This document shows, piece by piece, positions 42,556 to 54,549 of a stretch of 64,000 nucleotides of DNA. Position numbers and translations under genes: made by a program. The stretch's first letter is position 1. The number at the start of each line of letters is the position of its first letter. The stretch is from Verrucomicrobiota bacterium (lineage in GTDB: Bacteria > Verrucomicrobiota > Verrucomicrobiia > Opitutales > Seribacteraceae), in contig JAQBYT010000004.1 of the NCBI GenBank assembly GCA_027622665.1, positions 64,001-128,000 on the forward strand, read 5' to 3'. The notes under the pieces are model-generated. The model was given only the letters and a program-made list of their open reading frames with translations, was not told the origin of the DNA and ran no database searches.

Positions 42556-44541
42556 TCACTTTTTACCCGAAAAAAGTTTCTCTCTGCAAAGCCGTTCCAA
42601 GTCAGGGAGGTCATAGGTCTGCAAGGCTCCATTTACGACATCTTCGAAGCAACGCTTGGGCTGACTTTCCTCAAGCATAGACATCCAGGAGCTACGATGG
42701 TCAAAAACTTGTAATTGAGCAAAAAGTTCGGGTTCCAAAGCCACCGCATGGAGTGCGGGAACCGTAGCGCCGCCGATCGCCAATACTTTCATCTTGGCTC
42801 CTTTTGGGATAATGCCCGAGCTATCCAGACTGATTGCAAGTTTGAGTAGGTCTTCTGCTCTCAACGCCACCAATGAACGACCGAGGAGGTAAGACATGTA
42901 AAACGTCTGCCAGTTTCCGAATTGTTCGGAGAATTTACTTCCCCGAGTTTCCCCGGTGCAAGTTATCTCAACGGAAACCACCGAGTGGCCGGCCTTGCTC
43001 AACTCAAGGGCCTTTTCATGACCTTTCTTCACGCCCTCGCCATGCAATAAAAGAACTGGATGCTTTAGTGGATTCGCGGGAAGGTAAGCCACCGAGGTCA
43101 GAGGGTATGAACCCTTTGATCGAAAGAACCCTCGGATCATCTTCAAGCCGTTTTCTTGAACTGTCTCAACGACGTGATGTTCAAGCCTCGGCAAATTAGT
43201 CGAAGGTCGAATCGTTGAAACCTTTCTTATCATCTTGCGGGCAGCTTCCGGTGAAAGTCCGGCGAATTTTTTTCTCTCCGTCAAAAAGTTTTTGGCTAGA
43301 GAACGGTTAAGTTCGAACACTGTTCTTTCGTCGGCAAGGTGAAGGACTTCACCTTGCGGGGTGCACCACAAGTCTTCGACTGAACGTGGTTTCATGGGTT
43401 TCTCTTTCACGGCTCTGTCGTCACCCAAAAACCATCGTCGCGCCAAACGAGTCAGTGTTTCGCGTTGTAGCTTCGTGATGCCGTGTTTGCCTTTGTCTTC
43501 GACCAAGTCGATGGCCAAAGGGTCGCCCAGCAGACTGTAGTATTTCTTGGACTGCCTGAAGTTGTCCCAAGTACCTTTAGTATCGAAATAGTCGCCAGAG
43601 GAACAGCAAATCAGCGTGGGGCGCGGAGCCCTCATGAGGACATAGTCGGTGTGATCCATACCATAGGCAATTTGCCCGAAGATATTCTGTTCCGAATCCT
43701 GTGGCCCTATCGATCCTATGAGTTGTCGAAAAGTGGTGAGGAAGCATGCTGGGGCGGCAAAGCCCACTCGTTCGTCCAATGCCATGATGTAACTAGTCAA
43801 TGTGCCCCCACCGGAGCAACCGGTGCAACCGATCTTGGTCCCGTCTATGTCCTTGCGAGTCGTTAAGTAGTCGATGCCCCGCATGCCGTCCCAAATCCTA
43901 TATCGCGCAGTGTTTACTCCCAGTAGAACAGAGCCGGCCCCGATCAGGAAGTGTTCGGCGACCGACGACAGCTTGCGACCCTCTGCGGGAAGTATTTGGC
44001 TGCGTTCACCTTGCCCGATCGGATCGTAACAAAAGGCCGCAATGCCGTTACGGGCCAGAGTGATTCCTATGAATTGATTGTAGTCCGCACCCTTTCCGCT
44101 CTTGCTGTGACCACAGGCGATCAAGACCGCGGGATAAGGGGGCTTGGTCTTTGGAAGGTATAGGGTAGCTGTAACATGATGCTGAGGCTGACTCTCGTAA
44201 ATAACCTTTTCAACCCGATGGTCACCACCCTCGATTTTTCCAACGACTTTTGCATTCAGTGGCGTTCGTTCCGGAAAGCCCCCGATACGCGAAACGAAGA
44301 ATTTTTTCAAATTCTCCTGATATTCCTTGAATTGAGCAGGCGTTGAAATTTCACTGAGACGTTCCTCGCGGCGATCAAGGGCATTGTAAGCCTGTTTGGC
44401 CAAGTGTTGGTAAACGACTCGGTTGGCTGGGGCATCAAGCAGGTCCTTGTTGAGGATGGGGAAGAGGTCCTCCTTGGCCCAACCTTGGACAGATAAGACA
44501 AAGGCGAAAGCAAGACTGAACAGGGGCTTTTTGTAGTTCAT
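42556..44541 (-). CDS. Exported acetyl xylan esterase-like alpha/beta hydrolase with a degenerate second domain
   Basis: CGHS..GK, DPIGQGER, GCSGGG nucleophile elbow, D.EQN. Confidence 0.85.
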   Translation of the reverse strand: MNYKKPLFSLAFAFVLSVQGWAKEDLFPILNKDLLDAPANRVVYQHLAKQAYNALDRREERLSEISTPAQFKEYQENLKKFFVSRIGGFPERTPLNAKVVGKIEGGDHRVEKVIYESQPQHHVTATLYLPKTKPPYPAVLIACGHSKSGKGADYNQFIGITLARNGIAAFCYDPIGQGERSQILPAEGRKLSSVAEHFLIGAGSVLLGVNTARYRIWDGMRGIDYLTTRKDIDGTKIGCTGCSGGGTLTSYIMALDERVGFAAPACFLTTFRQLIGSIGPQDSEQNIFGQIAYGMDHTDYVLMRAPRPTLICCSSGDYFDTKGTWDNFRQSKKYYSLLGDPLAIDLVEDKGKHGITKLQRETLTRLARRWFLGDDRAVKEKPMKPRSVEDLWCTPQGEVLHLADERTVFELNRSLAKNFLTERKKFAGLSPEAARKMIRKVSTIRPSTNLPRLEHHVVETVQENGLKMIRGFFRSKGSYPLTSVAYLPANPLKHPVLLLHGEGVKKGHEKALELSKAGHSVVSVEITCTGETRGSKFSEQFGNWQTFYMSYLLGRSLVALRAEDLLKLAISLDSSGIIPKGAKMKVLAIGGATVPALHAVALEPELFAQLQVFDHRSSWMSMLEESQPKRCFEDVVNGALQTYDLPDLERLCREKLFSGKK

Positions 44542-44557
44542 GCTTCAATCTTTTTGC

Positions 44558-45751
44558 TTACTTGCTCTTTAATTGCGAGATGAGAAAGGCGCTCGGGTTC
44601 TCGTGTTTTACCTTGGGTAGGCCGGGGTAGACGAGTTCGCAATCAACTCCTTGTGCCTTGCAATCCTCCTGCAGCTTCACCCCGAAGTTCGAGGTGTGAG
44701 TTGGGTCCTTCTGAGCTTTCCCCAATGCGGGCGGAGCGTTATAAGTCAGAAATACGGTAGGATCGTCGGGTTTTGGCCTATACTTGGGCCAGCCGCGAAA
44801 CAAGGTGAGTTCGCGCGGGGAAAGGTAAACCTGCTCGCCGGCGATAAGATTTGCCTCCGCCTCGATGATGCGCGACTTGCCCTCGACCGCCGCCCCGATG
44901 GTCCACAGGTGCTCCAAGTCCTGATGCCCGAAGCGGTCCGTCGAAATCTTCCCGACGTCCACGGAGATGGGCTTGCCACCGCTGTTAATAGCACGGACGG
45001 AGGCCCGGTATCGGTAGCGCCCGGCCAGTTTCGTGCGGTCGGTATGGACGCTCACATGCTTGTAGAGTTGGGCTCGAAAAACGAAGGCGTCGCCCTCCAA
45101 CCGGGACCAGGGAACGATGTCTTTGTGGTATACTTTTGGCTTCTTCTCCAGCCATTTCTTGCCCGTGAAGCGTTGCTTCTTTGTCCGCACGTCGACGACG
45201 CCCGGCGGCAAGGCATGGGACAAGGCAAGGGCCGCCGCCTCCTGGTACCGCACTAGATGGACGGCGGAAGTGCCGAGTCCTTCACTGACCTTGTCGAAGC
45301 CTGCGACCAAGTTGTCTTCAGGCAAGAGAGAATTAAGAACCACAGCGACGTCAAGCAGGTCGTGCAACGTATTTTCGTATTCCGTTCGGTTGAGACGACG
45401 AATGGGCACGCGGCCCTCACGCTGATTTTTCTGGGAAGCTTCATGAAGGGCGGCCTCAAGGAAGGTGAGAAAGTTTCCTGGGGCAGCGGGTTCCGGCTGT
45501 TTTTTCTTCTTAGGTGGCATCTCCTGAAGACGCACCCGGTCGAAGACCCGAATCCTCCTCCGTCTCGCATCCTCTGCGTTCAAGTCCGCCTACAAGGCCT
45601 CGAGATTCAGCCCGCCCTTGGCCACATCCGCATCGTGGCAATCAAAACAATGCATTTCAACAAAGGCCATTGGAACGCTCTCCTTGGCGGAAACGTTCAC
45701 CGAGAACCCGGCCAACGGAACGGGTAAACAAATGAATGAACCGAATTTCAT
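44558..45751 (-). pseudogene. Chimera of a broken DUF1592-family 5' part and an alpha/beta-hydrolase C-terminus
   Basis: ATG at 45751 (ATGA-coupled), CFDCH, in-frame TAG at 45590-45592, EMPP, RRLNRTEY; then a switch near 44768 to DDPTVFLTY...DPTHTSNFG. Confidence 0.8.
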
Positions 45752-48072
45752 CGCCGCACGAATAAGTCCGATAGCACAAGGTGAAACATTAAAGTACGGA
45801 GCTTGTAGCTGTCCTTTTTGGCGGCAGCGGTGATGGCTTTGAGGTGGGTGCGGTCGTCCAGGGTCATCACGCGGCGTAGGGCGAAGGTGGCCAGTTGCTC
45901 GACGAAGGCTTCGGCGAACCGGTCGAGGTCCTGTACCAGCAGTTCCTTGAATTCATTCGGACCGGAATAAGCCCGACCATCGGGAAGTTTGCCGGATGCG
46001 TTTACGGGCGGGTTGGCTCCTTGCCCGCCCGGCATGTTTTCCTCCGTGCGCCATTGGCCGATGGCGTTGAAGTTGTCGAAGGCGAAGCCGAGCGGATCGA
46101 TCTTGGCGTGGCAGGATGCGCAGGTTGCGTGGGTGGCATGGGCCTCGAGCTGCTGCCGGATGGTGGCCTTGGGTTGGTCGGTGGGCGTGGGCTCAAGTGG
46201 TTCGACGTTGGGCGGCGGTGGCGGTGGCGTGCGTCCGAAAATGGCCTCGCTCACCCACACGCCGCGATGCACCGGTCTATGCCGTGTGCCGTCCGAGGTG
46301 AGCATGAGCACGGAGGCTTGGGTGAGCACTCCGCCACGATGATCTTGTGGCTGAAGCACCACTCGCTGGAAGCCGGCCTTTTGTAGCGCAGGCATTTGGT
46401 AATGCAGGGCGAGGCGGGAGTTCATAACGGTCCAGTCCGAGACGAGAAACTCGCGCAGAGACAGGTTGTTCTCGAACACCTCGTTGAAGAACTTGGTGGT
46501 CTCCAGGGCCATGCATTGCTCAAGCCACTTGTCGTAGTCCGGGTACAGGTCCATGTCCGGCGGGAACATGCCGACCTTGTGCAGTTGCAGCCACTGGCGC
46601 GGAAAGGCATCGGTGAAGCGGGCGGTCTTGGGATCGGTCAGCATGCGCGTCAACTGGGCGCCCAAGACTTCCGGACGGTGCAACTCCCCCTTGGAGGCCG
46701 CCTCGGTCAGTGCCTTGTCAGGCAGTGAACTCCACAGAAAATAGGAAAGGCGCGTGGCCAGTTCCCAGTCATTTACCTTATACCGGGGCTTGGCCGGGTC
46801 GCCTTCTACTATGTAATAAAAATTCTTCGAGGTCAGGATGCCCGTCAACGCCCCCAGGTAGGCGCTGCGGAAATTCTCGCCCGCATCCAGTTCTGCTTTG
46901 AGCAAATTCTGGTAGCGATCCAGTTCCACCGGGTTAATCGCCCGCCGCCAGGCACGGCTGGCAAAACGATCTAGGCAGGCCTTCGCCTCGGCGAGATCGC
47001 CTTCCTTGTGCGGATACAGCTCGGCCCGTTTTTGCTGCACGACGTCTGAAACAATCGGCCCCTCATATTCCACCTTGTCCACCAGGAGGAGAGGGAACAC
47101 AGGCCGTCCATCGTCGAGCAGCAGCTTGTAGCCGACGGGTTTCTGAGACCGCAAATTCGCCACTTTGCCTATCGCCTTGGGCGTGTGGCTGAGCGTGTGA
47201 CCGTCGTCCAGTTTTCCGGGGACCTCGTTGATGAGGCTGTAACCGCCCTTGTCCAAGGTCACTTGAAACTCAACCGTGATCGGCTTGCCTTCCGCGGCGG
47301 TTACGTCCCGTCCGGTCACGCCCTTTTTCAGGCTGTTGTTCCAAATCGAAAGGTGCGGCATGCGGCCCTTGAAGGAGGGTAGGGCGCTGAGGGTCACGCG
47401 CACCTTGTACAGTCCGGGTTCACGGGCGTTGAATCCTCCCTCGCGTCGGCCGGGAAACAGTAGCCAGCGCTGGCCATCAGGCGCGGTGCGTTCGCCTTGG
47501 TCCACCTTGGGCGTTTTCGTGGGGAAGGCCTCGGCCAGTACCTTTTCCGCGGCCTGAAGGTAGCGTGTCACATGCGAGGGCGACAGGGAGAGCATGGAGC
47601 CGATGCGGTCGAACCCGTGCCAGCGCGGATCCTCGTTCAAGGCCCCCGGCATGCGCGGGTCGAAATGTACACCGAGCAGGTCGTAAACGGAATGGGCGTA
47701 CTCGTCGCGGCTCAACCGGTAATGAGCCACTGGCCCGCGCTTGGCCATGCGTTCGGCTCTTCCTGATTCTATATTTCGGGAAATCCACTCGGCCACCTCG
47801 CCCAGTTCCACGGCGGTGGGTTGATGCTCATCTTCGGGCGGCATTTCGCCCGAGTTGATGCGAAAGAGCACCTCCACCCAAGTTTGCGCCGTGGCCTCCA
47901 CGCCAAATTCGAGCTTCAAGGTATCCAGCCGAAACTTCCCCTTCTGCTTCTCCGCATCGTGGCAGCGCAGGCAGTAGTTCTTGAAAAAAGGAAGAACCTC
48001 CTTCTCGAAGCCAGGGGCAGCCGAGTACACGGAAAAGCCTGCAAGGACCAAGATGGAAGGCAGGAATCTCAT
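45748..48072 (-). CDS. DUF1592/DUF1588-family di-haem c protein
   Basis: [37 protein letters not shown]. Confidence 0.92.
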   Translation of the reverse strand: MRFLPSILVLAGFSVYSAAPGFEKEVLPFFKNYCLRCHDAEKQKGKFRLDTLKLEFGVEATAQTWVEVLFRINSGEMPPEDEHQPTAVELGEVAEWISRNIESGRAERMAKRGPVAHYRLSRDEYAHSVYDLLGVHFDPRMPGALNEDPRWHGFDRIGSMLSLSPSHVTRYLQAAEKVLAEAFPTKTPKVDQGERTAPDGQRWLLFPGRREGGFNAREPGLYKVRVTLSALPSFKGRMPHLSIWNNSLKKGVTGRDVTAAEGKPITVEFQVTLDKGGYSLINEVPGKLDDGHTLSHTPKAIGKVANLRSQKPVGYKLLLDDGRPVFPLLLVDKVEYEGPIVSDVVQQKRAELYPHKEGDLAEAKACLDRFASRAWRRAINPVELDRYQNLLKAELDAGENFRSAYLGALTGILTSKNFYYIVEGDPAKPRYKVNDWELATRLSYFLWSSLPDKALTEAASKGELHRPEVLGAQLTRMLTDPKTARFTDAFPRQWLQLHKVGMFPPDMDLYPDYDKWLEQCMALETTKFFNEVFENNLSLREFLVSDWTVMNSRLALHYQMPALQKAGFQRVVLQPQDHRGGVLTQASVLMLTSDGTRHRPVHRGVWVSEAIFGRTPPPPPPNVEPLEPTPTDQPKATIRQQLEAHATHATCASCHAKIDPLGFAFDNFNAIGQWRTEENMPGGQGANPPVNASGKLPDGRAYSGPNEFKELLVQDLDRFAEAFVEQLATFALRRVMTLDDRTHLKAITAAAKKDSYKLRTLMFHLVLSDLFVRR

Positions 48073-48096
48073 TTGAACGATTCGCTTTTGGCCTGG

Positions 48097-49116
48097 CTAC
48101 TTGAAGACGATTTCAAGTTTTGGCCTTTCCTTTGCAAGCCGGTCAATGCTGTCCCGGTTTACATTCCTTAGGTTCCGGAGCGTTAGTTTGCGAAGGCTCT
48201 TGCTTTTCCCGAGGCTGGCGATCCCTGCCTCGGTGACCTTCGACGCCCCTCCGAGGAGAAACTCCTCCAGTTTCGGCATGGCGGCCACCAACATCAAATC
48301 CTGATCGCTGATGGAGGGGGCATGGCCGAGGTCCAGCTTGAGCAAGGTCTTGATCCTCGTCGCGTGGGCCAAGCCAACCGAGTCCGCTTGACGGTCAAGC
48401 AAGGACAGGTTCCTGAGCGGCAGCTTAGCCAGATAAGCTACAGATTTACCTGAACTTCCCTTGTCCGTACTGCCGATGCCAAGCGAATCAAGTTTCGTCA
48501 ATTTGGACAGATGCCGGGCTCCCTCATCCGTAAAATGGGAATGGGCAAACCAGAACCGGTCAGTGACGCCCACTTTGCAAATGGCTTCCAGTCCCTTGTC
48601 GTTCAAGGGGGTGAAGTGGAAGTTCACGCTCTTTAGGTTCTTTGCCTTGAGGTGCTTGAAACCTTCCCCGGCGCATTTGGATGAGGCAAGCCCGAGGGTA
48701 TGCAGGTTAGTCAAGGCTCCGAAATGCTTGAACCCCTCGTCCGTCACTGTCGTAAGCGTAAGGTTGAGGCTCTCCAGTTCGGTCAGATTGCCCAAGGATG
48801 CCATGCCCGCGTCCGTCACTTCGCAATTGGCCAAGCTCAGTGATTTCAAGGTTAAGACCTTGGTCAGCCACTTCTCGAGCCAGGCATCATTGACCATGTC
48901 GTTCTTTCCTCCCCGTCCCTTCAGCGGATTGTTGCCGTTGTAGAGGTCGATCAACAGCGGATTGCCGGCTTCAAACTCGATCTTGCCCCCGATCCTTTCA
49001 ATCTCGACCTTGAGAGGCTTCCATGTTTCTGCCGGATCCTGCAGTGCGTCGGCGGCAAAGGTAATTGTCCCTGCAAATATCCCAAGCAGGCTGATTCGGA
49101 TGAGGGAAAAGCTCAT
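48097..49116 (-). CDS. Exported leucine-rich repeat protein
   Basis: LxxLxLxx(C/T)xV(T/S)DxG repeats; true start probably the ATG at 49116 (ATGA overlap, signal peptide). Confidence 0.85.
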   Translation of the reverse strand: MSFSLIRISLLGIFAGTITFAADALQDPAETWKPLKVEIERIGGKIEFEAGNPLLIDLYNGNNPLKGRGGKNDMVNDAWLEKWLTKVLTLKSLSLANCEVTDAGMASLGNLTELESLNLTLTTVTDEGFKHFGALTNLHTLGLASSKCAGEGFKHLKAKNLKSVNFHFTPLNDKGLEAICKVGVTDRFWFAHSHFTDEGARHLSKLTKLDSLGIGSTDKGSSGKSVAYLAKLPLRNLSLLDRQADSVGLAHATRIKTLLKLDLGHAPSISDQDLMLVAAMPKLEEFLLGGASKVTEAGIASLGKSKSLRKLTLRNLRNVNRDSIDRLAKERPKLEIVFK

Positions 49117-50042
49117 GGTTTTTTGCGAAGAGAAATTGCCCCGGGGTGAGTCATTCGCACGCTGTACAAAGAAGTTCGCGCGGTGATGAATAGGGTCTTG
49201 AAATCCTTGCCGCCGAAGCAAACATTGGCCGGTCCTTCGGGAACCTCGATGGTTTCGAGTTTCTTGCCGTCGGCGTCGTAGACCTTAACCTGACCGTGGG
49301 TGAGATAGAGGTTGCCCTTTACGTCCACGGCCATGCCGTCGCTTCCCTCATCGATCTTGAATAGCTTCTTGCCCAGTTTCCTGTCTTTGGTCACCGCATA
49401 GCAAGTCACGCTAGGGGCGAGGCCGTGGAAGGCGGGGTCCGGGTGGCGCTTGTGCCCCCCCGTGTCGGCCACGTACAGCCTTGAGCCGTCCGGAGAAAAG
49501 ACAATGCCGTTGGGCATGGCCAAGTCCTTGATTAAGACCTCCACCTTGCCCGAATCCGGGTCGAGCTTGTATACCCAATGCCCCGGGATTTCATGCGGGC
49601 CGCTCAAACCCCAAGGGGGGTCCGTGAACCATAAGGTGCCATCCTTCCCCACGGCCACGTCGTTAGGGGAGTTGAAGCGCATGCCGTCGAACTTGTCGGC
49701 AAGGACTGTCGTGCTTCCGTCCTTTTCGATGCGTATGAGGTTCCGGGCCGCGTGCTGGCAGGATATGATGCGCCCCTGCAGGTCGAGGATGTTGCCGTTG
49801 GCCTGCTCGCTCTTTCGAAACTCCGATAAGCCTCCTTTTTTGCTCCACTGCATGAGCTTGCTGTTCGGGATGTCGGAAAAGACGACCTTGTTCTGTCCCG
49901 GCAACCACACGGGGCCTTCCGTGAACTTCATGTTCCCTGCCAGTTTCCTGACCTTGGCCCCGGGTTCGACCAGGGAGGCTCCTTGCAGGAAGATCACTTG
50001 AAATGAGAGAGCGATGCTCAAGGGAAGGAGGATTCGATTCAT
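49113..50042 (-). CDS. SMP-30/gluconolactonase family protein
   Basis: FTEGPVW, NSPND, FTDP, PNGI.FSPD, DGMAVD. Confidence 0.92.
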   Translation of the reverse strand: MNRILLPLSIALSFQVIFLQGASLVEPGAKVRKLAGNMKFTEGPVWLPGQNKVVFSDIPNSKLMQWSKKGGLSEFRKSEQANGNILDLQGRIISCQHAARNLIRIEKDGSTTVLADKFDGMRFNSPNDVAVGKDGTLWFTDPPWGLSGPHEIPGHWVYKLDPDSGKVEVLIKDLAMPNGIVFSPDGSRLYVADTGGHKRHPDPAFHGLAPSVTCYAVTKDRKLGKKLFKIDEGSDGMAVDVKGNLYLTHGQVKVYDADGKKLETIEVPEGPANVCFGGKDFKTLFITARTSLYSVRMTHPGAISLRKKP

Positions 50043-50062
50043 TTTTATTTTTAGGTTTGAGT

Positions 50063-51238
50063 TCAGTAAATGGGCATGACCATTTTTTGGCCGTGCTTTT
50101 GTTCCTCGATGGAATGGATGCGTTCCTCGGGCGGCATGGAGACGAATTTCCAGCTGTCGGCCTTCACCCGCACGCAGGCCCCTGGCGAATAACCCTTGAG
50201 CAGTTCCTTGAACCGCAGGGTGATTTGCACGCCGCTGCTGCCAGTGACCGGGTGTTTGACCTCATTCCATTTCTCCAGCTTGCAGAACTTGCGGTCGCCG
50301 CGGTGGTACCATGTGCGCAGCGTCTTTTCCGCGCAGGCCACGGCGATGCGGTCATTGCGTTCGCGGCTGAGGTCTTCGATGATTTCCCGGTTCACATCGA
50401 AGAGCGTGATGACCAGTCGCCCGCCGCCGAAGTCGAAAATCTCCATCTCGTCAATCCAGCCGGGCATCCAGCGCTGGCGTTGAAACCTTAGGTGCTTCTG
50501 CCGTTGGCGTCCCGTGGATGCCTTCCATGAGGCTTCATCCAGCCACAGCTCGGTTACCGTAAATTCTCGTTCGGTATTGTAATGGCCGCCCTGGGCCCAG
50601 CCGAGGTTGAACCGTACTGTGGTCCCTGGCTTGATGTCCTTGAGTTCCACCCATCGTCTGTCCCGCCAGACGCGCGTAGTGGCAAGCAAGTCAAAGGTGT
50701 ACGGTGCCTTGATGCCCTGTTCCACCAGTTTCCCGGCAGGCTCGAGGTGTATCTTCTCCTTTTCGATTTCTACGCCCTTTACCTTCCACATTTGGCCATG
50801 CCGGGCGTAATGACTGAAGTCGTCGGTCAGGACCAAGGCGTGGTTTTCCAGCACGATGAGCTTTTGGTAACCCAAGGAGTCGGGGATTGGCGGGATGGTG
50901 TCCTCTTCTCCCTTCGGCGGTAGAAAAAACCAACCGTGTAGGTGCGTGCCCAGTGGTACGTCGCGCAGGGCGGCCCTGGCGCCATTGCGCCAAACGACGG
51001 CATAAGGAAGCAATGCGAAGTAATGCACCGGCCCGGCCCAGTAGCGGTCGCCACCGTCAATCCGTATCCCTCCACGGCGGTTTACGGCGTCCATGTAAAC
51101 CAGCTCGCCGGAAACATATTGGGCCTTTCCCATCGGGGCGAATTCAGCCGGGTCAGGGACGAACTTTTCGTCGGCGGCTAAGGAGGGATTCATCCCCATG
51201 AACGCGAACGCTAATAGCATGTAGAGGGCCCTCATCAC
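50063..51238 (-). CDS. Uncharacterised secreted 'family X' protein, paralogue 1 (most divergent)
   Basis: Signal peptide; GELV..D..NRRG, LRD.PLGT, RWMP.W.D and GSSG shared with the other copies. Confidence 0.85.
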   Translation of the reverse strand: MMRALYMLLAFAFMGMNPSLAADEKFVPDPAEFAPMGKAQYVSGELVYMDAVNRRGGIRIDGGDRYWAGPVHYFALLPYAVVWRNGARAALRDVPLGTHLHGWFFLPPKGEEDTIPPIPDSLGYQKLIVLENHALVLTDDFSHYARHGQMWKVKGVEIEKEKIHLEPAGKLVEQGIKAPYTFDLLATTRVWRDRRWVELKDIKPGTTVRFNLGWAQGGHYNTEREFTVTELWLDEASWKASTGRQRQKHLRFQRQRWMPGWIDEMEIFDFGGGRLVITLFDVNREIIEDLSRERNDRIAVACAEKTLRTWYHRGDRKFCKLEKWNEVKHPVTGSSGVQITLRFKELLKGYSPGACVRVKADSWKFVSMPPEERIHSIEEQKHGQKMVMPIY

Positions 51239-51244
51239 AAAAAC

Positions 51245-52606
<1,362 letters not shown>

Positions 52607-52681
52607 CGTATCTAGGTTTTGAAAGCATCTAAATGGGAAGGCTTTCCTTGTTCAAGGACTATTAAGCGTTTTGGAACCCTT

Positions 52682-53190
52682 TTACCGAGCCACCAAGTCG
52701 GACATGCCGGGTTCCCACTTCAAGGTAGCGACTCGCTTGAGATCTCCTTTCGCTGAAATCCGGTAGGCGGTTAGGCTGGCCCCGGTGGTGGCTGAGACCG
52801 GGAGGAATTTTCCATCGGGGGACAAGGTCAGACCTAGAAACTTGGCTTGCCCGTTATCAAGGACTTGGTAGCTTGCGATCGATCGAAATCTTGTTTGTGT
52901 CCGCGAAAACCCCCGAAGAGATGGTTGCGGTCAGGAGTGACTACCAGATCGGGGGAGCTCAGCCCGATCTTGGACATTCCAGGAGGGAGAACATTGATGT
53001 CCTGTTCGATCTTCAGTTGCCCGTTGGCCTCGCGGCGGTAAGTGGAGAGCCAAATGCCTTGCTCGTTGCTGAAGTAGACCATGGGGAGGGTGGGGTGGTA
53101 GGTCATGTGGCGGGGTCCGGTGCCTTGCGGAGCCTTAGCGTCCTTGGGTTCAAGCGGGGTGATGGCTCCCGTGCTGGTGCCCAACTGGTG
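52682..53190 (-). pseudogene. 3' part of a lactonase-family (Pgl-like) beta-propeller pseudogene
   Basis: GTGPRHMTYHP..VYFSNEQ; frameshift near 52880; then ..GLT/LSPDGKFL..LKWEPGMSDLVAR* with TAA at 52682-52684. Confidence 0.75.
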
Positions 53191-53484
53191 CCCCTTTCAC
53201 CTCAAAAAAACAACAACATTCGATGTACTAAATGTAAATCCTCGCACAATTCCAAAAGTTCAATTATCGATGATAAAACATATAAAACACGAGAAATAAC
53301 TACTCCCGTTTCGTTACTTTGTTTTATTATCCTTCCGTTTTTCCCAAGATTTTAACTTTAAAATTAACTCAAGTTCCGTTAGAAAATAAGAATATTCATC
53401 CTAATGAAATATGTTTTAAATTTTAAATTTCGGTGATATATTAGTTAACTTTTAACAATGGTCGTGTATTAACAGGAGATTGAA

Positions 53485-54549
53485 ATGCCAAAAATAAAGA
53501 AAGTTGTAACGGTTCCGAGTGCGGCGTATGGAGTGGAGTCTAAGTTTTTAAAGTTTTATCAAGCAATGCCAGAGCGTGTGCCACAGGTGGGGGATATTGT
53601 CTATGGTCGGGTTGTGAGTGTTGGTCAGCATTCGAACTTAGAAAATAAATCGGCCAGAATACATATGATTCATAACGGTTCTTTGGGCGTTTTTGTATTT
53701 GGTCACAGATATGCACCTGATTATTATGAAGGTCACGTTCCTGAAGAGCCAGTTGAAAAAGTGGATTTGTTGGCTAGATCAGGTGTTGTTGGAAATGTCA
53801 TTGTAAAAAACTCTTTGGTTAAAGACCCTACAAAAATAGAAGTATTAGGCTATGTCTGTACGGTTGATGGAAACGTTGTAAATACATTAGATTACAACTT
53901 AATTAATCCTCGATTGGTTACGAAAAAGAAATCAAGAGCTAAACTAGTTTTAGTTTGTGGGACGTCGATGAATTCAGGTAAAAGTATGGCTGCGGCAACC
54001 TGTTGCTGGGCACTAAGTAATATGGGCTACACGGTTAATGCATCCAAAGTTACGGGTACAGCTAGTCTGAAAGATATTTTATCCATGAATGATGCAGGAG
54101 CTGATAAATATTTAGATTTCACTTATTTAGGTTATCCCTCAACTTATAAATTAAGTGAAGATAAAATGTTAGATGTTTTTAACAAGATTGATTTAAAGTA
54201 TGCGAACGATCCAAAAAAATTCTGGGTGGTTGAGTTAGCGGATGGTATTTTACAAAGAGAAACGGCTATGTTACTTGCTCATGAAGATGTGAGGTCAAGA
54301 ATACATAAACTTATTTTTTGTTCGTATGATGCATTTGGTGCTATTGGGGGGTTGCAAGTATTGAAGGAAAAATTCGAATTGACACCAGATGCAATTTCGG
54401 GTGTCTGCTCTAGTTCGCCTCTTCATATGAAAGAGTTGTCCGAATTTTCGAATATTCCAATTTTTAATAGTGCGGATGCAAATCTTGATTTCATGAAAGA
54501 GATATTGCTTTCAAAGAAAAAGAGGTCCAAATTAGCATTCCAAAGTTAA
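53485..54549 (+). CDS. DUF1611-like P-loop protein
   Basis: AGGAG SD at 53474; RYAPDYYEG, GTSMNSGKS, KVTGTA..KD, ELADGILQRET. Confidence 0.75.
   Translation: MPKIKKVVTVPSAAYGVESKFLKFYQAMPERVPQVGDIVYGRVVSVGQHSNLENKSARIHMIHNGSLGVFVFGHRYAPDYYEGHVPEEPVEKVDLLARSGVVGNVIVKNSLVKDPTKIEVLGYVCTVDGNVVNTLDYNLINPRLVTKKKSRAKLVLVCGTSMNSGKSMAAATCCWALSNMGYTVNASKVTGTASLKDILSMNDAGADKYLDFTYLGYPSTYKLSEDKMLDVFNKIDLKYANDPKKFWVVELADGILQRETAMLLAHEDVRSRIHKLIFCSYDAFGAIGGLQVLKEKFELTPDAISGVCSSSPLHMKELSEFSNIPIFNSADANLDFMKEILLSKKKRSKLAFQS

Noticed and set aside
26174..45592. TAG recoding (Gln or pyrrolysine) at the in-frame stops 26174 and 45590
   Set aside because: TAG terminates normal genes here (16586, 26014, 62227), and both affected genes carry other lesions.
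53174..53193. 9-bp direct repeat CTGGTGCCC as a target-site duplication
   Set aside because: Both copies lie at the left junction and none is at the right end. It may be junction microhomology only.
54511..54525. Programmed -1 frameshift (G AAA AAG) fusing the DUF1611-like gene to iaaA
   Set aside because: The frame relation fits, but the heptamer is imperfect, I see no stimulatory hairpin, and the lost ATGA overlap is a simpler explanation.
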